From the NCBI GenBank assembly GCA_030726915.1, contig JANRCR010000044.1, forward strand, positions 354-64,353: a stretch of 64,000 bases of DNA. The letters run 5' to 3'. Made by a program: the position numbers and the translations under genes. A model generated the notes under the pieces. That model was not told where the DNA came from. It saw only the letters and a list, made by a program, of their open reading frames with translations, and did no database searches. Position 1 is the stretch's first letter, and each line of letters opens with the position of its first letter. The stretch comes from Candidatus Nanopelagicales bacterium. Its GTDB lineage: Bacteria > Actinomycetota > Actinomycetes > S36-B12. Positions 29,399 through 36,537 of this stretch are shown here, one piece after another.

Positions 29399-30439
29399 TC
29401 AAGTGTGGCGGCGTGCGCGCGATATCACCACGACGCCCACGATGGATAGCACGAAGACACCGGCACCGATGCCCAGGGCCATCACGGCAAAACTTCCCAC
29501 GCGATCGACGGGATCCAAGACACTGACCACGGTGGGGGCCGGTGAGGCTGTGGGAGACGGCGATGTCGCGGTGGGACTCGGGGTGGCGGTGGGACTCGGG
29601 GTCGCGGTGGGACTCGGGGTCGCGGCCACGTCCACCGGCACGAGGAGGAGTCGGTCGTCACCCTCGCTCGCGATGATGAGCGCGCTGCCGTCGGTCGTCC
29701 ACGTCATCGCTTCGCCCTGCACCTGCGCGGGCAGCGGCATGCGATCAATGAGGTCACCCGGTGGCAGCCCCGCGTAGATGCGCACCTCCGTGTAGTCGCG
29801 CACCGCGTAGCCACCTCCGGGTCTCATCGCAGCGTCGGTGACCAGTCCCTCCTCGACTCCGACGGACACCGCTCGCGCGGTGCCATCCGCGGGCAGTGGA
29901 TGCGGAAGATGCCACACCGTCCCGGAGGTCAGACCCTTGCCGATCATCCACAGGCGGTCACCATCAGCAAGAAGTGCCTCCGCATCCTCCGGTGGTTCAC
30001 GTCGGATGCGGTACGTCGTAGCCCGCACATCGGCGTCGCGGAGTTCGACGGGTTCGGGGATGTTATGGATTTCTACATAACGCCGCTCACCTGTGTTGTC
30101 ACCGATGTCACCCCACCACAGCACCGGAGTTCCGTCGCTCGCCGTGCCTGCCGCGAGCGCCTCGGGATCTCGCACAGAGATCCCGCGGATCGTCAGGGTG
30201 GCGAGCACGTCACAGGTCTGCGTGTCTATGGCGTAGAGCAGGGCTCCCCCGCCTGAGTCGTTGTGGGCCCAGACGACATCATCATGGATGGCCGACGCGG
30301 CAAGGCCGCTGATCTCCGGCAGCACCGAGGCATCAAATCGACACAGTTCGACACTCTCGGCGCGAGCCGGACTCGCACTCAGCGCCATCACCACAAAGGC
30401 CAATGCGACTGTGACAACGCCCCCCATCACTCGCTTCAC
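29399..30439 (-). CDS. secreted, C-terminally membrane-anchored protein (beta-propeller-like body, PSPTAT-repeat stalk)
   Basis: 346 aa with a signal peptide (…ALSASPARA/ES) and motifs EISGLA, HNDSGG and GDIGDN reminiscent of phytase-like/SdiA-regulated propellers. A (PSPTAT)n linker leads to the terminal TM helix plus RARRHT. Confidence 0.6.
   Translation of the reverse strand: MKRVMGGVVTVALAFVVMALSASPARAESVELCRFDASVLPEISGLAASAIHDDVVWAHNDSGGGALLYAIDTQTCDVLATLTIRGISVRDPEALAAGTASDGTPVLWWGDIGDNTGERRYVEIHNIPEPVELRDADVRATTYRIRREPPEDAEALLADGDRLWMIGKGLTSGTVWHLPHPLPADGTARAVSVGVEEGLVTDAAMRPGGGYAVRDYTEVRIYAGLPPGDLIDRMPLPAQVQGEAMTWTTDGSALIIASEGDDRLLLVPVDVAATPSPTATPSPTATPSPTATSPSPTASPAPTVVSVLDPVDRVGSFAVMALGIGAGVFVLSIVGVVVISRARRHT
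29571..29624 (-). repeat. three tandem 18-nt coding repeats (PSPTAT units)
   Basis: gtgggactcggggtggcg / gtgggactcggggtcgcg / gtgggactcggggtcgcg. Units 2 and 3 are identical and unit 1 differs by 1 nt. Confidence 0.9.
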
Positions 30440-30604
30440 TGCGCCAGCCTATGGAGGGCGCTCATCCCCAACGACGCGCACGCCGACTCCTCCACATCCG
30501 CACGCCTGAGTCTGGCTCTGCAGGCCTGATCAAGCGCACGGTGACCGCGCAGCTCACCGGGTTGCACGCACCGGCCGTCTTGCCGGTCACGGTCTGGAGG
30601 CAAC

Positions 30605-30847
30605 ATGACCAGCAATTCCCTCACCCACGTCCGCATCACCCATCAGGCACGTCGGCGCTCAGCACTCGTGCGCCTCGCGACGCGGCTGCGTCGCGAGGAC
30701 GCGGGGATGACCACCGTTGAGTACGCCGTTGGCACCGTCGCAGCGGCCGGCTTCGGCGGCCTACTCATCAAGTTGCTCATGAGTGATGAGGCGCGCAATC
30801 TCCTGTGGAGTCTGATCGCGCGCGCGATCTCGGCGCTCTTCGGCTGA
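30605..30847 (+). CDS. Flp-type prepilin-like protein (DUF4244 family)
   Basis: ATG 30605 is preceded by GGAGG with a 5-nt spacer. A basic leader ends ...RREDAG and is followed by MTTVEYAVGTVAAAGFGGLLIKLL (Flp G/xxxxEY-type site plus a hydrophobic helix). Confidence 0.75.
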   Translation: MTSNSLTHVRITHQARRRSALVRLATRLRREDAGMTTVEYAVGTVAAAGFGGLLIKLLMSDEARNLLWSLIARAISALFG

Positions 30848-31221
30848 TGGCCCCGCACCAGGATTCCCGGTCCACACCCTCGTCGGATCGCGGAAGCGTG
30901 ATCGTCGAGACGGCCCTGGTCATCCCGGTGCTGCTCGCCGTGACCGTGCTGCTGGTCTGGGTGGCCTCCCTGGGTGCGACGTACGTGCGCATCCTGGATG
31001 TCGCCCAGACCGCAGCACGACAGGCCGCCAGGGGAGCGGTCCAGCCAGCGGTGCCCCGTGGTGTTGAGCTGAGCATGGGTGAGAGGGATGGACTCATCCA
31101 TGCGGTGGCGAGTGAAGAGGTCGCACCGCCCATGGCTGCCTGGGTGGGGTGGAGCGTCACCGTCCGGGCTGAAGCACATGCGCTTCCCGAATGGCAGTCA
31201 CCGCAGGAGGTGGACTGGTGA
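30847..31221 (+). CDS. TadE-like pseudopilin family protein
   Basis: ATG 30847 overlaps the flp stop (TGATG). The N-terminus ...DRGSVIVETALVIPVLLAVTVLLVWV is typical of the TadE N-terminal domain. Confidence 0.7.
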   Translation: MAPHQDSRSTPSSDRGSVIVETALVIPVLLAVTVLLVWVASLGATYVRILDVAQTAARQAARGAVQPAVPRGVELSMGERDGLIHAVASEEVAPPMAAWVGWSVTVRAEAHALPEWQSPQEVDW

Positions 31222-31583
31222 TCGTGATGTCGTGGCGAGGCGACGCAGGCGTCGGCACGGTGCTCGGTCTTGTCCTCGCCAGTGTCCTGCTGGGGGCGGG
31301 GGCTGTCATTCACGCGCTCGTCTCCGTGTCAGTCACACATCAGCGAGCCGCGGTCGCCGCAGACCTTGCCGCTATCGCTGCCATGACACACGACTGCGCT
31401 GGTGCCGAGCGAGTCGCTCGCGCTCAGGGTGCCATCTCCTTTGCCTGTGACGTTTCCGGTGGTGATGCGGTCGTCACGGTGGCCATCCCGGCACCCGGCA
31501 TTCTCACTCGATTGGCGACATGGGCGGGCCAGGAGCCTCCCGTCATTGCCAGTAGTTCACGTGCCGGTCATTCGGGCGGGTGA
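31218..31583 (+). CDS. Rv3654c-family TadE-like protein
   Basis: GTG 31218 (GTGA overlap), with ATG 31227 as an alternative. N-terminus ...GDAGVGTVLGLVLASVLLGAGAVIHAL, then AADLAAIAA, as in the 'helicase/secretion neighbourhood' TadE-like family. Confidence 0.7.
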   Translation: MIVMSWRGDAGVGTVLGLVLASVLLGAGAVIHALVSVSVTHQRAAVAADLAAIAAMTHDCAGAERVARAQGAISFACDVSGGDAVVTVAIPAPGILTRLATWAGQEPPVIASSSRAGHSGG

Positions 31584-31587
31584 CGGA

Positions 31588-33888
31588 TCAGGGAGCGTGC
31601 TCCAAGATGATGTCGAGGAGCCGGACGGCGCCGGCTTTGTTGAGGGGCTCGTTGCCGTTGCCGCACTTGGGGGATTGGACACACGCGGGGCACCCTGAGT
31701 CGCACCGGCAGGTGTTGATTAAGTCCCGCGTTGCTCTCCACCACCGTGCAGCGACCTCAAAGCCGCGATCGGCGAAGCCCGCACCGCCCGGATGACCGTC
31801 ATAGACGACCACCGTGCACCGTTGAGTGTCGGGATGCAGGGGTGTGGAGACCCCTCCGATGTCCCAGCGATCACAGGTCGCAATCAGGGGCATGAGCCCG
31901 ATGGCCGCGTGCTCGGCGGCGTGAGCGGCACCGGCGATATCGATGGGATCGATGAGGTGAGCTGCAGCGACCTGCGCGTCACTCGCCGTCCACCACACCC
32001 CGCGGGTGCGCAACGTCCGCTCGGGCATCTCAAGAACCTCGCGCCCAAGCACCTCGCCCGTCGTTGCACGGCGGCGGACAAAACCCACCACCTGCGATGT
32101 CACCTCAACCTCACCCAGGGCGAGGTGTGTGTCCCCCCACGTGGTCGTCTCGTCAATGCTGAGGATGCGATAGTCGGCGATCTCCTCCGCGGTTGTGGTG
32201 TAGTCCACATCGTCGACGCGGACAAGGGCCACCGCCTCGTCTAGATCCAGCATGGTGACGACGTGGCTGATGCCCTGATGCAGGTAGACGGCCCCGGCAT
32301 GTGCCGTCGCGGGAGCGCGTGATGCCTCGACGGTGCCGAGGAGCCGGCCTGTCTCCTCCTCCACCAGGCGCACCGGTGAGCCGGACTCACCGCGCAGGTC
32401 GACACCCGCAGTCGCGGACTGCTTATGGGTCCAGTAGTAGCCCGCGCGCCGCCGCCGGAGCACTCCCTCCTCAGCCAAAACCGCCAGGCGATCCGGGGCG
32501 GTCTCGCCGAACCAGGTGCGGGCGTCCTCATCCGTGAGGGGATGTTCCGCCGCCGCCGCTGCAAGGTGTGGACCCAGCACATGTGGATTTGCGGGATCCA
32601 GGACCACCGCTTCGATGGGTTCGTCGAACACCACCTCGGGATGCTCCAGAACATACCGATCGAGGGGATCCTCGCGGGCGACGAATACTGCTGTCGCCTC
32701 GTCGTCACCTCGCCCTGCGCGCCCCCACTGCTGCCACAGCGAGGAGCGTGTGCCGGGCCAGCCGGCGACCACCACGGCATCAAGACCGCTGATGTCGATA
32801 CCGAGTTCGAGGGCATTCGTCGTTGAGACACCCAGCAGCCGGCCCGACCGCAGACCTGACTCGAGGGCCCGACGTTCCTCCGCAAGATAGCCGCCCCGGT
32901 ATGTCGCGATAGAGGAGGCGAGATCGGGGTGGACGTCGTGGAGTGCGTCGCGGGCACGCTGCGCGACCACCTCGGCCCCGCGTCGTGATCGGACGAAGGC
33001 GAGCGTGCGCTGTCCATCCGCGACGAAGTCCGCGAGGAGGTCGGCCGTCTCGACCAGGGCCGAACGACGTGGCGTCGGCTCGGCTGAATCGTGGGGAGAG
33101 GCTCCCATGGCCTCCCGGGGCTCCCACAGGACCGCGGTGACAGCTGCGTGAGCCGAGGCGTCATCCGTCACCGCCGTGACGGGTGAACCAATGAGCCGCG
33201 CCGCGGTGGCCTCCGGTGCCGCCATGGTGGCGGACGCGCAGATAACGATCGGCGTGCTGCCGTGCACGGCGGCGAGGCGCCGCAGGCGCCGGATGACCAT
33301 GGCGACGTGGGATCCAAAGACACCCCGGTAGTGGTGAGCTTCATCAATCAGGATGAAGTCAAGATGTCGCAAGACGCGGGCCCATGAGGTCGCGCGGGGG
33401 AGCAGAGAGCGATGCACCAGATCAGGATTCGTCAGGATGACGTTGGCATGGGCGCGAACCCATGCTCGCTCGTCGTTCGGTGTGTCTCCGTCGTACGTCG
33501 CTGCCCTGATGCCCGGTACCGCGAGATCACTCAGTGATGTGGCCTGGTCGTGTGCGAGCGCTTTGGTGGGGGATAGATAGACGGTGACCGCACGGTCGTC
33601 CTGGAGGATCGCATTAAGGCTCGGCAGCCACATGGCCAAAGACTTGCCCGATGCCGTGCCCGTGGAGATGACCACGTGCTCACCGCGGGCACTCGCTTCG
33701 GCCACCAGAGCCTGGTGCTCCCACGGAGCTGAGATGCCCCGCGAGCTGAGGTGCTCGATCAGGGCGGCGGAGGTGCCGCTGGGCCAGTCGGCCGTGCGGC
33801 CGGTCCTCGCGGGAAGCCGCCGGACGACCCGGGCGCTCGACGCGTGGGGTCGCAGAGCGTGAGGAAGGCCCTCTCGTGGATCCGCCAT
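31588..33888 (-). CDS. DEAD/DEAH-box helicase with C-terminal DUF1998 zinc-ribbon domain (Rv3649 / MrfA-like)
   Basis: 766 aa with Walker A TGTASGKS, DEAH box LIDEAHHY, helicase C motifs and the C-terminal Cys cluster CRCDSGCPACVQSPKCGNGNEPL. Confidence 0.9.
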   Translation of the reverse strand: MADPREGLPHALRPHASSARVVRRLPARTGRTADWPSGTSAALIEHLSSRGISAPWEHQALVAEASARGEHVVISTGTASGKSLAMWLPSLNAILQDDRAVTVYLSPTKALAHDQATSLSDLAVPGIRAATYDGDTPNDERAWVRAHANVILTNPDLVHRSLLPRATSWARVLRHLDFILIDEAHHYRGVFGSHVAMVIRRLRRLAAVHGSTPIVICASATMAAPEATAARLIGSPVTAVTDDASAHAAVTAVLWEPREAMGASPHDSAEPTPRRSALVETADLLADFVADGQRTLAFVRSRRGAEVVAQRARDALHDVHPDLASSIATYRGGYLAEERRALESGLRSGRLLGVSTTNALELGIDISGLDAVVVAGWPGTRSSLWQQWGRAGRGDDEATAVFVAREDPLDRYVLEHPEVVFDEPIEAVVLDPANPHVLGPHLAAAAAEHPLTDEDARTWFGETAPDRLAVLAEEGVLRRRRAGYYWTHKQSATAGVDLRGESGSPVRLVEEETGRLLGTVEASRAPATAHAGAVYLHQGISHVVTMLDLDEAVALVRVDDVDYTTTAEEIADYRILSIDETTTWGDTHLALGEVEVTSQVVGFVRRRATTGEVLGREVLEMPERTLRTRGVWWTASDAQVAAAHLIDPIDIAGAAHAAEHAAIGLMPLIATCDRWDIGGVSTPLHPDTQRCTVVVYDGHPGGAGFADRGFEVAARWWRATRDLINTCRCDSGCPACVQSPKCGNGNEPLNKAGAVRLLDIILEHAP

Positions 33889-34056
33889 GGTGAGCCCATC
33901 CTTGCCGGTCCGAGTGGCGCTGCCCGAGGGGCCCGGGCGGGCCTGTCTTTGCCTCTGCGTAAGATTCCGCGCAGTTTCGGTCCGTTACACCGGATGTTCC
34001 TGATCGGGGGCGTCTCGTGAGCGGCAACGTTGAGACGCGTACACCCAGGGAGACTC

Positions 34057-36396
34057 ATGACCACCGCTGCCGCCGCGATTGAACTGACCGGAAATAACTT
34101 CCTCACGGTCGTCGTCGTTGCCGTCATTGCCGTCCTCGCCCTCCTCGTGGCCCTGCTCCTGGTGCGCGAGGTGCTGTCGGCGGGTGAGGGCACCCCGCGC
34201 ATGCAGGAGATCGCCGGAGCGATCCAGGAGGGTGCCGCGGCGTATCTGAACCGGCAGTTCAAGACCCTGGCCATCTTCGGGGTGATTGTCTTCTTCGTTC
34301 TCTTCCTCCTGCCGGCGGAGACGATGAATGAGCGGGTGGGCCGGTCGATCTTCTTCCTCGTGGGAGCGGTGTTCTCCGGCATCACCGGCTACATGGGTAT
34401 GTGGCTTGCGGTGCGAGGCAACGTGCGGGTGGCCGCGGCCGCGAATGATTCCGGTGAGCAAAAGGCCATGCGCATCGCCTTCCGCACCGGTGGTGTCGCG
34501 GGTATGTTCACCGTCGGCCTCGGTCTGCTGGGTGCCGCGATCGTTGTGCTCGTCTACCAGGGGGAGGCCCCCAAGGTCCTCGAGGGCTTCGGCTTTGGTG
34601 CCGCCCTCCTCGCCATGTTCATGCGCGTGGGTGGCGGAATCTTCACCAAGGCCGCGGATGTTGGCGCCGATCTCGTCGGCAAGGTTGAGCAGGGCATCCC
34701 CGAGGATGATCCACGCAATGCTGCAACCATCGCTGACAACGTGGGCGACAACGTGGGCGACTGCGCCGGCATGGCCGCGGACCTCTTTGAGTCCTACGCC
34801 GTCACGCTCGTTGCCGCGCTCATCCTGGGCAAGGCTGCCTTCGGTGAGTTGGGACTCGTGCTGCCCCTCGTCATCCCCGCCATCGGCGTGGTGACGGCGG
34901 TCATCGGCATCTTCGCGGTGTCCCCGCGCGCGAGCGATCGATCAGGGATGAGCGCGATCAACCGCGGCTTCTTCATATCCGCGGCGATATCCGCGGTTCT
35001 GGTCATCGCAGCAATCTTCGTCTTCGTCCCCGCATCGTGGAATGAGATCACCTCACTCGGCGGTCTTGCAGCCGAGTCCCTCGGTGAGGGTGACCCGATC
35101 GATCCGCGCTGGTACGTCATTGGCTCGGTCTTCATCGGGATCATTCTCGCGGCGGTGATTCAGCAATTGACGGCGTACTTCACCGAGACCAACCGTCGTC
35201 CGGTGGACGATGTGGCCAAGAGTGCGCTGACCGGTCCCGCGACGGTCATCCTCTCCGGCATCTCGCTGGGCCTGGAGTCGGCGGTCTACTCCGCGCTGCT
35301 GATCGGAGCCGCTGTGTACGCCGCCTATCTCCTCGGCGGTGGCGTGGTCATCCTCGGATTGTTTGCCATCGCCCTCGCGGGCACCGGGCTGCTGACCACC
35401 GTCGGTGTCATCGTCTCGATGGACACCTTCGGCCCCGTTTCTGACAACGCCCAGGGCATCGCGGAAATGTCGGGCGATGTGACCGAGGAGGGTGCCGCGG
35501 TGCTGACGCGCCTCGATGCTGTCGGCAACTCCACTAAGGCGATCACCAAGGGCATCGCCATTGCCACCGCTGTGCTTGCCGCGACGGCACTCTTCGGCGC
35601 ATTCCGCGACGCCGTTGTCGGTGCCACGGCCGATGCGGGTGAGGCAGCGGGTGAGTCCATCCGCAGCCTCGCTGATCTGCTGCAGTACTCCGGTGTCCTC
35701 GACGTTGCCAACCCGTCCAATCTGGTCGGTCTCATCATTGGGGCGTCGGTTGTCTTCTTCTTCTCCGGTCTCGCCATCAGCGCGGTGTCACGTGCTGCTG
35801 GCGCGGTTATCTTCGAGGTGCGCCGGCAGTTCCGTGAGCACCCGGGGATCATGGAGGGCACCGAAAAGCCCGAGTACGCCAAGGTCGTCGATATCGTGAC
35901 CCGCGACTCCCTGCGCGAACTCATCACTCCAGGCCTGCTCGCAGTGCTCGCACCCGTCGCGGTCGGCTTCGGCCTTGGAGTCGGCGCCCTCGGTGCCTAT
36001 CTCGCCGGCACGATCGCGACCGGCGTACTCATGGCGGTCTTCCTCTCCAACTCCGGTGGAGCATGGGACAACGCCAAGAAGTACGTCGAGGACGGACACT
36101 TCGGGGGCAAGGGCTCCGAAGCACACTCGGCCACCGTCATTGGCGACACCGTCGGGGATCCCTTCAAGGACACCGCCGGTCCGGCCATCAACCCGCTCAT
36201 CAAGGTGATGAATCTCGTCGCCCTCCTGATCGCCCCGGCGGTGGTGGCCCTGTCGATCGGCGAGGGCGCCAACACCGCGCTGCGCTGGGCGATCGCGCTC
36301 GGTGCGGTGCTCATCATTGTGATCTCCGTGGTCATCTCCAAGCGCCGGCCCATTGCGGTCGGCGAGGAGCAGATCAACGCCCCATCCGCCCAGTAG
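34057..36396 (+). CDS. hppA: membrane-bound proton-translocating pyrophosphatase (K+-independent type)
   Basis: ATG 34057 is preceded by GGGAGA; TTG 34030 is an alternative. About 16 TM helices and motifs GGIFTKAADVGADLVGKVE, DNVGDNVGD and GNSTKA. Confidence 0.93.
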   Translation: MTTAAAAIELTGNNFLTVVVVAVIAVLALLVALLLVREVLSAGEGTPRMQEIAGAIQEGAAAYLNRQFKTLAIFGVIVFFVLFLLPAETMNERVGRSIFFLVGAVFSGITGYMGMWLAVRGNVRVAAAANDSGEQKAMRIAFRTGGVAGMFTVGLGLLGAAIVVLVYQGEAPKVLEGFGFGAALLAMFMRVGGGIFTKAADVGADLVGKVEQGIPEDDPRNAATIADNVGDNVGDCAGMAADLFESYAVTLVAALILGKAAFGELGLVLPLVIPAIGVVTAVIGIFAVSPRASDRSGMSAINRGFFISAAISAVLVIAAIFVFVPASWNEITSLGGLAAESLGEGDPIDPRWYVIGSVFIGIILAAVIQQLTAYFTETNRRPVDDVAKSALTGPATVILSGISLGLESAVYSALLIGAAVYAAYLLGGGVVILGLFAIALAGTGLLTTVGVIVSMDTFGPVSDNAQGIAEMSGDVTEEGAAVLTRLDAVGNSTKAITKGIAIATAVLAATALFGAFRDAVVGATADAGEAAGESIRSLADLLQYSGVLDVANPSNLVGLIIGASVVFFFSGLAISAVSRAAGAVIFEVRRQFREHPGIMEGTEKPEYAKVVDIVTRDSLRELITPGLLAVLAPVAVGFGLGVGALGAYLAGTIATGVLMAVFLSNSGGAWDNAKKYVEDGHFGGKGSEAHSATVIGDTVGDPFKDTAGPAINPLIKVMNLVALLIAPAVVALSIGEGANTALRWAIALGAVLIIVISVVISKRRPIAVGEEQINAPSAQ

Positions 36397-36426
36397 TCCC
36401 GCGGAGCGGAACACACCACTGGGCCT

Positions 36427-36443
36427 CACCCCCTTAGGGGGTG
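36427..36443 (+). terminator. short GC hairpin downstream of hppA
   Basis: caccccc-tta-gggggtg (7-bp stem) lies 31 nt after the hppA stop. No T-tract. Confidence 0.35.
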
Positions 36444-36537
36444 GGACCCGTGGGTTGTGCCGTCGCATTTGACAGCGGCACCCCCGGGCTGTGCAGACTC
36501 CCGGACGGTTGCCTAACCGACGGCGCGCAGAACAGGA

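Noticed and set aside
29571-29624. Tandem repeats (29571-29624, 4897-4926, 39118-39230), considered as CRISPR or non-coding satellite arrays.
   Set aside because: Unit lengths are 18, 6 and roughly 12 nt with no spacers. All lie inside long ORFs and translate to Pro/Ser/Thr or Lys/Ala linkers. No cas genes are in the window.
31588-33888. The DEAH/DUF1998 helicase, considered as part of a DISARM-like or other anti-phage defence system.
   Set aside because: No methyltransferase, PLD nuclease, SNF2 or separate DUF1998 partner genes are adjacent. The gene sits in the conserved housekeeping position of Rv3649/MrfA-type helicases.
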